DNA from: Piromyces finnis finn | Taxonomy: Eukaryota > Fungi > Neocallimastigomycota | DNA: 64,000 bases | Assembly: GCA_002104945.1 (NCBI GenBank) | Contig: MCFH01000018.1 | Coordinates: 62,001-126,000, forward strand | Direction: 5' to 3' | Part shown: in pieces, positions 12,935-33,346 of the stretch | Position numbering within the stretch: position 1 is the stretch's first letter | Layout: every line of letters starts with the position of its first letter | Translations under genes and position numbers: made by a program | The notes under the pieces: generated by a model | The model's input: only the letters and a program-made list of their open reading frames with translations | The model's database searches: none | Told to the model about the DNA's origin: nothing

Positions 12935-13410
12935 ATATTAATTCATATACCTAAACTATTTAACTATATTAAAATAATATATTATTATTATACATATTAC
13001 TAACCTTTTTAATATTGAATTATTATATATTTTATTAATAAATAATAGTAAAAGATTAATAAAATATAAATTGCAATAAATTTTAATATCCCTTAATAAT
13101 ATTATCCTAATTATATAAAACCCAAAATTATAATACATAAAATATCATAATTATACAAAATATCTTTATTATTTAAATAATAATTAAAAAAAAATGGAAA
13201 ATATTATATATATATTAATTAACTTATCCTTTAAAAAAAGGAGAAAATATAAAATAATATCTATTATATATATATTTAAAAAAAAATTGGTTATATAGTA
13301 CTTATGTCATATTTATGTAAACCTTTTTATTTTTATTTTCTTCTCCTTTTAAATATAAAAATGAAATTGGAATAAAATACACATTTAAATTAAATTTATA
13401 TTTAACATGT

Positions 13411-13411
13411 T

Positions 13412-13486
<75 letters not shown>
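13411..13486. repeat. Compound tetranucleotide microsatellite (TTTA)n(CTTA)n
   Basis: Read directly from the sequence. Confidence 0.95.
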
Positions 13487-13982
13487 ATTGATTAACCCCC
13501 TTTAATTCAATTTATTGATACTATTATCGTTATTTCCTTTTATAAATACTTTTATAAAAAGTTATACCTTCTTTTTACAAATTTATTTATAATTAAAAAT
13601 ATATAATATATTTTCAATTTAACATATTTCCTGTAATAATAAGAAAAGGTTATTCAAAATATATATAGATATAATTCCTTTAATGTAGATTTGATTTATA
13701 ATAAATTTTTATTACATCAAACAAATTAATTATATTTTTTATTTCTAGATATCTTTTATAAACTATATCCTTTGCATTAAAAAATAAAACAATAAATTTC
13801 AAAATAACAAAAAAACATTTATTTATATTTTTAAAAATTTTATTTAAATTTTTATGTATTTCTTTTTTTTTTTTTTTTTTTTATTCTAAATGCATTTATT
13901 TGAAGATTTAATTTTTTTAAAAAAATTTATATACAATTTATTATATAAAAGTTTTTACTACTATTATGATTTATTTTTTTTT

Positions 13983-14021
13983 TGTTTTTGTTTTTGTTTT
14001 TGTTTTTGTTTCGTTTTTGTT
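13983..14021. repeat. (GTTTTT)n hexanucleotide repeat
   Basis: Read directly from the sequence, just downstream of the MBL gene stop. Confidence 0.9.
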
Positions 14022-14060
14022 TAAATGTCTAAATAATAAATCTTTAAATTATTTTTTTCC

Positions 14061-14471
14061 TTAAACACTAAAGTTATGAGTTTTTTCATAACCAATATTG
14101 GAACTTGGACCATGACCTGGATAAACATCAATTTTATCATCAAAATTGAAAAGTTTTCCTCTGACACTCTTTCTAATTTCATCATAAGAACCTTGCCATA
14201 AATCAGTTCTACCAACAGAATTTCTATAATAAAAATAAATAAAAAAAAAAAATAAATAAGAAATAGATTTAATATTAATAATATGGAAGAAAAAAAAAAA
14301 AGAATCGAATATAAAATGTTAAATATATATTTACCTAAATAATGTATCACCTGTGTACATTTTGTTAATTTTTTCAAATAAGTAACAAACAGAACCTGGG
14401 CTATTAATTATTATTATAAATTAATAGTCAAAAAAAAAAAAAAAATTAGTATTATAGAGTTTTTCGATAGC

Positions 14472-14527
<56 letters not shown>

Positions 14528-15275
14528 TGGATTTTACCTGTGACCTGGAGTATGGTAAACTGTTGCAACTTCTTCACCATTAAGGATAACACGATCACCT
14601 TCCTCTAAAAAAAATATATTAATATAGATATATATTAATAAATATAATATTTATTTATTTTATTGTTATTTTCATCAAACTTACTTAAGAAAACATCTGG
14701 ATCTGGTAAAAGAGTATCATTTGAAGAAAAGCGGCCACTAAAGCCAAAGAATTTAACTTGTAATGGTAACATCTTATATAATTCCTATAATATTGAAAAT
14801 AACAATAATTAATTATCGAATATATATAAAAATAATTAATTTAAATTATAGTATATATGGAAATTTTAAATAAGATATTTACAAAATCAGCTTCATGGAG
14901 ATAAATCTTTGGATTATATTCTTTTTTTAAACCAGCAATACCTAAAACATGGTCAAAATGACTATTACGTTAAAAAATAATTTGATTTTAATAAAAAATA
15001 TACAAAATATTTGTTTTTAAATACATGTTATAAAAATATGTTATATAAATACACATAATAACCAATAATATATAATAATTATGATTATAAACATACGCAT
15101 GAGTTAAATAAATAGATTCTAATTCAAATTTCTTTTCTTTAAGAACACTAATAATAATATCTGGGTCACCCCCTGGATCAATGACTAATGCCTTATTGGA
15201 TTTTGGATCACCAATAATATAACAATTAACATCAATAGGTCCGACGATTACGTGAGAAGCTTCTAAATTAGCCAT
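14061..15275 (-). CDS. Metallo-beta-lactamase-fold hydrolase, YcbL/GloC (glyoxalase II-like) bacterial type
   Basis: Exons 15275-15097, 14961-14883, 14784-14685, 14604-14538, 14400-14335, 14223-14061. Motifs NCYII, VIDPG, THAHFDH, HTPGHSPGSV, TGDTLF, SVGRTDL and VYPGHGP. Confidence 0.93.
14472..14527. repeat. (ATT)n microsatellite in MBL gene intron
   Basis: Read directly from the sequence. Confidence 0.95.
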
Positions 15276-15565
15276 TTTAATTGACTTTTAATTGAATTTT
15301 AAAAAAGAAAATAATATGATTAATATAAAAGAAATATTTATAATAACTAATATGCTTGAATAAGTATATTTATAATAATTAACATATAATAAGTAATATA
15401 CTCATTTCAAATTATTCTATTTATTTTCATCAACAAAACTATATTGCTCATTTAATTATTAAATTTTGAATGAAAATAAAATCTAAAAATTGTATATATA
15501 TATTTTTCATTTATATTTTCCGTAAAAAAATAAAAAATAAATAATAAAAAAAAAATAAAAATTAC

Positions 15566-15898
15566 TTCTGTTTTCTTTTCATTCTCTTTTAGATTATTAC
15601 TCTCAATATCTTTTTTCCTTTTTATTTTAATGTTTTTTTCATAATTAATTGTATTCTTTAATGTATTTGTATAATGTATTTCTTTTGAGTTTTCTTCTTC
15701 AATGACCACCTTTTTTTCTTTATTATTTATTTGAACATTTTCTTTAACAATAGGTTTATTTGAACTAAATATATCTTTATATTTGAATATTTCTTTTATC
15801 GGAATAGTTTTATTAAAGCCTTGCTTTTTTATTATTACACCTATAATGATGGCATTGATGATTCCTAATAACACCACAATAATAAATTTAAATTTCAT
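15566..15898 (-). CDS. Putative first exon: N-terminal signal anchor plus Lys/Glu/Asn-rich stalk (gene fragment or 5' exon of the MBL gene)
   Basis: MKFKFIIVVLLGIINAIIIGVIIKK followed by a hydrophilic stretch, ending in KKTE at a phase-0 GTAATT donor (15565). Its continuation is uncertain. Confidence 0.4.
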
Positions 15899-16944
15899 TT
15901 TTCTTTTTCCATTTTTTCATGATTACATTAAAATTTAATTGGTAGTATATAAATAAGTTAAATATATATAATAAATAAATATGAATATTAAGAGTATGTT
16001 GTCACTTTTAAAGTTGGTTGTAATAAAATTACAATATTATTATTAATAATTTCTATTACTGAATTTATTTCCCTTCTTATTATTGGATTATTATATCAAT
16101 TTACATTTATACTATCTCTTATTATAATTGAATATTAACAATAGTAATGTTTTAAAATAACACTTTAAATAATTAGCATAATATATTACCTTTGGATAAA
16201 AAAATTTTTAAAAATTAAATTTATTTTAATTTTTTAAGAATTTAATTTTAAAATAAAAATTTGATGTAGATTAAAAAGGGAAAAATTAACCAATGATATC
16301 ACATAGCTTTAGTTTATAATTAAAATTTCTGGTATGGTATCAGCAGCAAAAAAAAAATTATATATCCAAAATAATTTTAATAATAATAGTATTATTATTG
16401 ACTTTATAATAAGTCATACTACCACTACGATACAAATAATAAATATATAATCATTTATTGTTTATATAACATTTTATAATTTTGTCTATTAAAAAAGAAA
16501 TAAAAATATTTAAGAATATAGTTTTTTTTTCTACTTTATAAAATTTGTATTATAGTAATTATTCCTGTGTTCCAAATAAAATTGAAGTTATGATGAAATA
16601 CTAAAATATGTAATGTATTAATTATTTTTAATGAAAAGAAGTACCTGCATTAATATAAAACATTGTATATATAATTTTTAATTTTTATATATGTTTAAAG
16701 AGTTATTTTGAAAATTTTCAATTAATAATAAGGAATTGTCATTATATTTTTAAATATATATATTTAAACATAATTATTATAAAAACAATTAAATATGAAA
16801 ATACAAATAAGATCCGTTTTGCTTTAATACTATGCTATTATTTTTAAATATGTGTTAATCTTATTAAATTTACTCTTTCAGTTGAATTTAATGAAAATAA
16901 TTATTACAGATATAATATTAAAACAAAAATTTTATTATTGTATA

Positions 16945-17014
<70 letters not shown>
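16945..17014. repeat. (TAT)n microsatellite
   Basis: Read directly from the sequence. Confidence 0.95.
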
Positions 17015-17049
17015 TCCATTACTATTTTACTAAAGTAAAAAAACAGCCT

Positions 17050-17120
17050 TTGAGATATTACATAAGAAATTTCCATCTAGTACGAGGCTGTATTTGTAAC
17101 TTTCTTATGTAACATCTCAA
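17050..17120. repeat. 20-bp inverted repeat (1 mismatch) with 31-nt spacer
   Basis: ttgagatattacataagaaa (17050-17069) pairs with tttcttatgtaacatctcaa (17101-17120). Confidence 0.85.
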
Positions 17121-17669
17121 TTGGCAAAGTTTAAAGTTTTACTATTTATTTATTTAATTTATTAATATTATATCCATTTACATATTTTTTAAAAGGGTTA
17201 ATATTATTTTATTATTGTAATATTCTAAGTAAAATTTTAGTGGATATATTTTATGGTTGGTGCTTAGGCATAATAAATTAATTTTGGAATATAGATCAAT
17301 AAATAATATATATGTATAAATATTATATATGTAGGTAATATATTTTAATATATGAACTTATATATATTTCAATTTAAGATAAGTTATTCAATATATAAAG
17401 TTTAATATAATATAAATATATTAAATTTTTTAACTTTTTTATTATTGTAATATATATTGATCTCTGACTTATCATATATTAGAATATAATATAATATAAA
17501 TTTGAGTATTGTTTATAGTTTTGTATTATTAGAAAAAAAAAATATCAATTAATATTTTTATATACTTGACCTATAAAATCTCTGATGAAAAAATATTTTA
17601 TATTTCAATATATTATCATTATATTCTAATATATTATAGTAAAATAAAATTCTTTAATAATATAATTGT

Positions 17670-17717
<48 letters not shown>

Positions 17718-18027
17718 TACACAAAAAAAAGTAATTTCACTATAATTAAAAGTTGTTATTATATAATCAACTATATAATAAGCAAATTATTTATTTATTT
17801 GAAATATAAAGTAAATATCAGCATTAATTATTAAACAGAATTTGGGAAATTTATTATTTGTAGTTTTAAATATTATTAAAATTAAATATGATGAATTTCA
17901 TGTTGAAAGAAGGAATATTAAAATTAAATAATAATTAATAATATAAGAAATATTATTAATTTAATAATTATAATTAATGTATTTGCTCTCATTTATTATA
18001 TATTATTAAATAATAGAATAAAACAAA

Positions 18028-20026
18028 ATGTTTGATAATTCATTAATTGAAACTCACCCAGAAGATCTTGTTGTTCAAAAATTCGGAGGTACATCTGTTG
18101 GTACTGCTGAACGTATGCTCAATGTTGCCAAGATTGTTGCGTAATTATTAAATATCTTATTTTTCAATAAATAATATAATTATTAGAATAATAATTTTTA
18201 AGAGGAAATTCTTTTACTCATTATATACAAAATAATAACTTATTTAATTTTGAAATCAAATATTTATTTTTATAAAATGTAATTAGTGATACCATTAAGA
18301 AGAGACCAACCGTTGTTGTATTATCTGCTATGAGTAGTCAAAAGAAATCTGAAGGTACAACTAGTCGGTAAGTAAACAATTAAAAAATAAAATAATAAAA
18401 TAAATAAGTAAAAAAAAAAAGGAATATTAATACTTATAAATTTAAAATTTATAGTTTAATTCAAGCTATGAATGAAGTTTTAACCCCAGAATCAAAGAAG
18501 TTTTTAGATATTGTTGATCTTATCCAAACCTCTCACATTAAGACTGCTCAAGAAGCTATTCCACAAGATACTGAAGAAAACAAGAAGATTTGTGAAGAAT
18601 TACAAAAGGATATTACTGAAGAATGTGAAAACATTAAAAAATTTATGAAAGCTGCTGAAGTATGTATAAAAAATTTAAATATCAAATAATTTAAGTAAAT
18701 AAATTAATAATAAATAAAATACTAATTAAAAATATTGAACCATTTTATAGATTATTGATGAAATTTCTCCACGTTCAAATGATATTATTATTAGTACTGG
18801 TGAAAAATTAGCTGCTCGTACTTTAACTTCAGTTTTAATTAGTTCTGTAAGTTTAAAATTTTAATATATAATTATAAAAATTAAATGTAATATAATTTTA
18901 TCATTTCCTAATAATAATAACCAATTTTTTAATTATAATCAATAGGGTATTGATGCTGAATACGTTAATCTCGAAAAGCTTATTGAAAAAGAATTCGATG
19001 AAAATAACATTACTCAATCTTTCTATGATTACATTGCTGAAAGATTAGGTGAAATTACTAAGGCTTGTGGTAAGAAGGTTCCAGTTGTTACTGGTTACTT
19101 TGGTCCAGTTCCAGGTAGTATTCTTCAAACTATTGGTCGTGGTTACACTGATTTAACCGCTGCCTTAATTGCTGTTGGAAGAAAGGCTGGTGAACTTCAA
19201 ATCTGGAAGGAAGTTGATGGTATTTTCACTGCTGATCCAAGAAAGGCTCCAAAGGCAAGATTACTTTCATATATTACTCCAGAAGAAGCCGCTGAATTAA
19301 CTTACTACGGTAGTGAAGTGTATGTATATTAAATAATTTTAATATTAAAAAGTAGTACACTGATATTTTATTAACAATATGTTTATATTATTGATAAAAA
19401 GTATTCACCCAACTACTATGGAACAAGTTATTAGAGTAAATATTCCAATTCGTATTAAGAATACCTTCAAACCAGAAGGTTTCGGTACTGTTATTACACC
19501 AGATGCTTATGATAAGGAAAAAAGAAAGGAAGATGCTGCCAAGTTCACAAGACGTAATGGAACAGCTGTTACTATTAAGGATGATGTTACTATTGTTAAT
19601 ATTTACTCAAACAGAAAATCATTATCATACGGTTTTATGTCAAATGTATTTGCAATCCTTTCACGTTATGGTATTAGTGTTGATTTAATTAGTACCAGTG
19701 AAGTTCACATTTCTATGGCTTTAGCTAATGTCCAAAGTAAGGACTTAGAAAGAGCCTTAAAGGAATTAAAGAAATACGGTAATGTTCAAATTACTACTGA
19801 TATGTCTATTTTATCTTTAGTCGGAAAGCAAATGAAGAATCTTGTTGGTACTGCTGGACGTATGTTTACTACATTAGCTGCTCATAATGTTAATATTGAA
19901 ATGATTTCACAAGGTGCTTCTGAAATAAATATTTCATGTGTTATATCTGCTGATTCTGCTCCAGTTGCTTTAAGAGCTGTTCATGATGAATGTGTTTTAG
20001 GTCTTCCAATTGAACTTCCAATGTAA
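18028..20026 (+). CDS. HOM3: Aspartate kinase with two C-terminal ACT domains
   Basis: Exons 18028-18140, 18287-18368, 18455-18659, 18751-18846, 18946-19319, 19402-20026. Motifs VVQKFGGTSVG, VVLSAMS, GEKLAAR, GRGYTDLTAAL, IWKEVDGIFTADPR, YYGSEVIHP and VNIEMISQGASEINISCVI. Confidence 0.97.
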
Positions 20027-21062
20027 TTAAGTAAATAATTTATACAAATAAGAAAGAAAGTCTAATTTATTTAAAACAAAAATACAATTTAAAACTAAAA
20101 ATTAAAAAACTAAATGTTTAAATCGAAAAAAATAATACCATACCAAAATCAATAAGTAATAAAAGAATAACAACAAAATATCATAATTTAATTTAAAATC
20201 ATTTTTTTCAATAAAAAAAATCAATAAAAAGGGATCATATATTAATTTCTATTAAGAAAGAAAAAAAGAATTAAAATGACAAACTTATAAACTTAGAGTA
20301 ATTCAATTAATGATATATAATTAAATATATTTTTATATAAAACAAAGGTATTTAAGAGAAAGTAAATCATTAAATTTAATTTAAAAAAAAAAAAAAATCT
20401 TTTTATATATATCATAAAATATAAAAAGAATAAAAAAGTTTTATTTTTTATTTTTTATTTTATTCTTGCTGACAGCACATTAATTAATTTAACTGTTAAA
20501 GAAATCAATATACATAAATTTTATTTTAAATAAATAAATTAATAATTATAGAGAAGTAATTTTTATTATTTTTTTTAAAAAAAAAATTAAAACAATAAAA
20601 TTTCTAAATTTAAAAAAAATATTTTATTATTAAATATTATAATGGAATACTTGTAAATGAAAGTGTTATTTAACTATGAGAGAAAAACAAATGTTTTTTT
20701 TTTTTTTTTTTAATTAATTTTTTTAATTATTCTTTTTTTATGGTAAATGGAGATAAATTGTTTAACAAAAAATTAGTTAATTTATATTCAATCCAAAAAT
20801 TATTAAAAAAAAACGTTTCAAACTTTAAATTTCATATAATATCACACGAGAAAAAAATTAATCAGAAAATTTATAATAAAATCAAAAAAGAAATTATTTA
20901 ATTAAATAAAGGTAATACTTTATTATGATTATATATAATTTAGAATAAATTTTATTTTGTAATATTTTGTTTATAAAAATAAAAATAGTATTATATATAT
21001 ATTTTTATTAAATATTCTATTTCTTAGTAAATTATTTTATTAATTTTATAGTATGGAATATA

Positions 21063-27045
<5,983 letters not shown>

Positions 27046-27667
27046 TATTTTATTATATTATCATTGACCTTTTATAAATAAAATAGTAGAAGTAAGAATG
27101 ATTTTTTTATTACTTTAAAATCTCTTTATTTAAAAAAATGTATATAATAAATTTGTATTCATTCACTTTTTTAACACAATATAAAAGTTTTAGTTTATTA
27201 TCTTTTTTAAAATAATAACTTTTACATAATTTAAAAATATAAAATTAATGGTAACTAAAGCTTTTATATAATATTAATTAGTACCTTTTTAATTTTAATA
27301 TATATATAAAATAAAGTTTGTATTTTTCTTTTATAAAATATTTAATTGTTTATAAGATTGGGAAATTTAAAATTTATATCAGAAAAAACTTTCTATTTTT
27401 TATTTTTTTTATTTTTTTTTTCAAATTGTATATTTGTTAGCATTATAAAATTATAAAATATAGTATAATTTCATAAAATGGTATAATTAAATAAAAAAAA
27501 GTATTATATGATAATCGGTTTAATATTATTCAATAGTAATGTTAATAAGAGCAAATAAATAATTATGAAATACTTTATAATAAACTATTTTTTTTAATAC
27601 ATAAATTTAAATTTTTAAAAAATATTTTTTTAATAAATAAAAATAAATATATATAATTAATAAAAAG

Positions 27668-30600
27668 TTAAAATGTATAATCATCAAAGTATCTTTGAAT
27701 ATGGTAACTTTTTCTTTTTTCACTTTCTTTAAGTCTTTTTTTCTCCAGTTCATTTTTTTCATATATTGTATGAAATTTAGTATAGAATATATCATATAGA
27801 GTAGTAATTGAATATATTAAAGGTCCAATTGTATAAAATGCATCTTCCATAATTAACGAAATTTTCAATTTATTAATTATATGTAATAAAAATTCTATTA
27901 GGATATAAACATATACAGTCATATTCATAGACTATTTTGAAAAAATAATTTAATTTAATAGAAAAATTAATTTTATTTATTTATTATGTGTTTTATAATG
28001 TTAAATTTTAAATTATTTGAAATTTACCTCTTTATATTCTTTTTTCACATTTCTTATACTATAAGTTAAATAACTTCCGATTATTAAAATAGTAATATTA
28101 AAAAACTTACTATATATAATATAAATTAAAAAAAATCTTAGTAATAAATAAAATTATATTATTATTTAAATATATTAATTTACCTTATTATTATTATATT
28201 GCTTTCTTTACAAGTTTGATATTCTTTTTTATTTGATGTATATTCAGTTGTTAGTTCATAGCCCCCCAAAATCTCGGAAGTAAATATTAAAGATAAATTA
28301 GTAATAACTATTAAAAATATAATAAAATACATAGTTTCTTGAGGAACCGTTTTTTTCACTATGTCACTCTTAATACTAATAATTAAATGTATATTAAATA
28401 TTATGGTTAAAATAATTAAATTTTACCTTAATCTACTTTTAAATAATGTAATATATAATAAATATTTTGAACTTACGCAAAATAAATTTTTAGAGTTTTA
28501 ACTAAAATGGTTCCAAAAACTAACGAAAATCCCTTAATAAAAAAAAAATAAAAAGAAAAACAAAATATTTTTAAATATTAATTTTATATTATATATTTTT
28601 GTGGAATAAAACAAATATTTATAAATTTTTAAAAATAATTACAACTTGTTTTGAAATATCATATATTAAGCATTTTGAATGACTTCTACTTATTGTCCTT
28701 AATATAATATGTACAAAATTCAATATTGTTCCAATTAATATAAGTATTAAAAAGTTTTTACCACCTATGTTGATAAGAAAAAATATAATGTAATAATGAT
28801 ATTTATTAGCCATAAAAAAATTAGATTTATTTTAATAAATATTTAGTTTACCTCCTTCTCTAATAACATCATGTTTTCTATACAATATAACCTCACTAAT
28901 AATAATAATTGTTATTATTATAAATGCACTAGAAATCATCATAATAATGACATCGTATATCTTCACTCTATTTAATTTATAATGCTCATTACAAACTTTT
29001 CCTGTCAATCCAGTACCTTCACAATTGCATATATTATCATTAATGCATATTCCGGAATTACAAGGTGGCTCACAAATAGGTTTATAGCTTTTTAGTTTTT
29101 GTTTATGTAAATATTTTTATATTTTATATTATTATTTTTAATTTAATTTTAAAACAAAAATAAAAAAGCCTGTAATATATATAAAATTTAATAATTATAC
29201 CATGTTTTAAAATAAGGGTTATCTCTATATTGATATTTATATTCCTGAGGACAATTTTTTATTTCAATTTGTATAGAATATACGTTATTCTTAAATTTTG
29301 AATATTTTCCTTTAAAAAATAATAAATATTTCGATAATACGAATATGTAAATAAGTGAATAAGTAAATAATTTTTATATTTATTATTACCAAAATAACTA
29401 ATAATAATATTAAGATTATATATTCCTGGATTTCCAATAACTGTTTTTAATATAAGAATAATAATAAAAATAATAATTAATAATAATATAAAATTATATT
29501 TTTTTATTTTTACAATATAGTTATGATTTACCAGTAAAGTTAGGCAAAGTACATTCAAATCCAATACAATAATTAGTTGTTTGTCCTAAAAATTTTGTAT
29601 TACGTGTATCATTCATTTCTAATGTAAAAAAAATTAAATCATTGATATTAAAATCTTCAAAAATCGATCCCATATCAATTTCTATTTAATTAAATTTTAA
29701 TGAAATATATTAATATATTAATAAGCTATTGCTAAATTCCAAGAGTAATTTTCCTATAGAAATATAAACTTACTATTTTCATAATCATCATATAAACTAA
29801 CTAATATTCATTAAATTATAGATATATATAAATATTAATTAAAATTATTATTAAAATATAATAATAATAATAATAATATACTTGAAATAGAGTCAGATAT
29901 TAGTTCTCCTGAATGAATTTTTATACTAGTTTCGTTACTATTTGATTTTATATGTGTTGGATTAGTAGCAAAAGCTTCTTTTCCAAGTTCTGAAATTAAT
30001 ATATCTTTGTCTGAAATGAATGGTTCAGATGAAATATCTATTGAATAACAAATATTTCCTATATTTTTTTTTAAAAAAAAAATAGATAATTGAAATATAT
30101 TTTTATTAAAAAAGTATAGACAATTATAATAAAAATGACAATATAATAATAATAATAAAAATAAAAAAATAATAATAATCAAGTATTTAAAACATATGTA
30201 AAATTATACCCATAGGACTATAGTTATTTATAAATGTACAATTTTCCAGTGTCATATATTCTGATAAACCATTATGATTCGAAAAAATTACACCTCCGCC
30301 TTTATCACTTATATTATTTTCAAAAGTAGTGTTTTTTATAGTTATTATATATCTATATTTTCTTAAATCCGAATCATTAATAACAGCACCATAATAAGGC
30401 GAATAAATACCCCTTATGGTAGAATTATATAAATTTAAATTCATTAAATTATAATTTGAGTTTTCGTTATGAATAAAACCTTTTTCAAAATAACTATTTT
30501 CCAATATAAAATCTTCCATTTTTACATTCGATAATAATGATAGATAAAAACCTGAGTCTATTATTAGTATAATATTATATTAAATTTTTGTTATTGTTAA

Positions 30601-33346
30601 TACCATCAATATATTCCATAATTTATATTTATATATATATATATGTGTGTTATATTTAGTTGTATTATCCAAAAGTAAAATTTACATCCATAAAAATCAC
30701 TAATTTGGGTATTTTTTATATTTATATTAGAATTATAAAGATTATTGCTAAAAAGAACATTATCCATATTTTGTCTACTACTTTTTTTTTGTTTAAAACA
30801 AGATTCCCTATCCAATTTATAACATTTGTTAATATTACTAATCTTTAGTTATAAAGATATAATAATAATATATATAGTCATATATAAAAATTCATTCAAT
30901 ATTTATATATAAACAATTTTCATTTATTATTTTTGTAAATAAATAATAATTTTGATTATAATAATACTTTTAAGTTTTCAATATTTATTTCATATTTCCC
31001 GGCTTTAAGAAACGCTAAAATTATATTTAATGTATATGATAATTATAGTTAAATATATATTAAATAATATATTTTCATTATTTCTTTACATACGACCCTC
31101 ATAGTTTAAGTTGTTTACTGTTATATTATATAATTTAGTATTACCTAGATTTTTAATACAGATAAATAATGTTTTTATAATTATATAATAAATTATCTAT
31201 GAAATTTAATATGATTTATTATTTTAAATCAAATTTATTTACCATAGCTAAATACAAATATGCCTTCTACTTGTTTAAAAGAAATGTTTTCAAATAATGA
31301 ATTTGTTATTGATATTCGACCTGAAAAATAATTGTAAAATATTCTTTTTTAAAAGTTAAATGGAATAATATTAACATTTTTAATAAAGTTTATTAAATTA
31401 AAATAAAATAAAAAAGATCTATTTGTACCCTGAAAAAATGCCTACTACATCTTTTATTATCGCACTATTTTTTATTATATATTATAATGATATTATTAAT
31501 AAAATATATAAATAAATAATATATTTATTCTTTACTTTGATAATATAAAAACGCCATCTTCCACCCATATTAATGACCCAACTCTCTCACATAGTTGCCA
31601 AACATTTGTTACTTCCATGTAATCAATAATACATTTTGGGCCATAATCATCATTTAGCATTAGTGAATCTTCATTTTTTACAGCATCAAATAAATAAAAC
31701 AATAATCCTGTTTGTGAGTATGAAAAAATGTTATTAACTTTTAAATCACTAAATATAAAATATATAATAAATTATTTTTAAAAAAAATTAATATTTTTAA
31801 AATTAAATAAATAATTTTTTAAAAGTAATAATATCATACTATATTTCAACTCTTGATCTATGTGCAAGAGAAAATAGAGTACATCCAGTATTTCTTCCAC
31901 ATTTTATGTTATTTAAATACAATTTCTCAATCCGTACCATTGCTTTATTATTTATACTGATGAAATATTTAATAATAAATACGTAATATAATAGTAAATT
32001 ATTATACTATTGTATTACTTTACCTTATAATTATACCTGTGCCAACACTAGGTATCTCTTTGATGATATCTTTTATAGATACGTTAACAATTTCAGTATT
32101 CGCACTATCAAAAGCATAATATTCTAATTTGTTTGATACATGAAAAACGCCACCCTTGGTTTTCGGAAATAATTAAAATAAAAATATAAAAAAAATAAAA
32201 ATAAATTTAATATATCTTGAAATTTGAAGGCACTCTTAAAAAAATTTTTCAATTGAATAAGCAATAAATGAGAAATTACATTCATATAAGATGTCGAGTT
32301 TGAGATAATGCTATCATATATACCAAAAAAACCTTCGTCAGAAAAAAAACATCCACCTAATCCATGTGCATAATTATTTTTAAATTCGCATCCATAAATA
32401 TAGATTAGTGAATCTTTTGAACTAATTACTGCACTTGTTATCCATTTAATTATTAATAATTAAAAAGGTTTATATATATTAATTTTTTTAAAATTATTTA
32501 TACATCTATAATGATATATAATGACGTTTTTTATGCATTGTATTATAATAACTTTCATAAATATTATATTAAATAAAGAAAAGGTACTAACCCATTTCCC
32601 TTTAATAAAGCATTACTCAATTCTGAATATTCAATAATTATTATACTTAATGTATCAATTTTTAAAATGCCACTTTCATATTCACCAGATATATATGAAT
32701 CACTTATAACTAAGCCTGCATATCTTTCTTCATTCGTATTCGTTTGGTCAGTTAAATAAATGATATAATTTGATATTGATTTACCTCCATACAAATTAGA
32801 ATTATATATATCTAAGTCACCTCCATCAATATAAATCCCATACTTTGAATTACAATTTTGCATATTATAATAAGTAGTATAATTTAATACTAAATTGGAA
32901 TTTATTCCTTTAATAACTCCACCGAATTCAGAGTCTGATATTATCGTAGAATAACCATACTCTATATTCAGATTTCCTATTATTTTAAGATTATCAATCT
33001 TAATATAATCATATGATTTAAAAAGAAAACCATCACCTTCATTAATAAAATTTAATGTAACTTCCTTTGTTTTTCCACTAATCGAAAAACTTTTATTTGT
33101 TATTGTAAAATTTTCACTTATAGAAAAAGAAGAGTTTATTATTATTTCTTCATAATCTGCATTTATTGCATCTTTTAATTCCTTTTCATTTGAAGCTACA
33201 ATGCTTTTAGAAAAAATTTTATTTGACCATAATAATATAAGTATTATATATATAATGTTAAAATCAAAATATTTCCTTAATAATGTTTTGGATTTTTTCT
33301 TCCCCATTATTAGTATAAATCTGTTTATATATTTTGAATTATACAT
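27668..33346 (-). CDS. Class C-type 7TM receptor, copy B (tandem paralogue of 21063-27045)
   Basis: The exons I checked follow the same order and phases as copy A. First exon 33346-32592 (KSIVASNEKELKDAI), EGF CYKPICEPPCNSGICINDNICNCEGTGLTGKVC, GGKNFLILILIGTILNF, and last exon ending QRYFDDYTF*. The start may be at 33307. Not every exon was traced. Confidence 0.83.

Noticed and set aside
16335-16347. TGGTATCAGCAGC resembling a tRNA-Met primer-binding site (TGGTATCAGAGC)
   Set aside because: There is an insertion relative to the consensus and no adjacent LTR end or internal domain.
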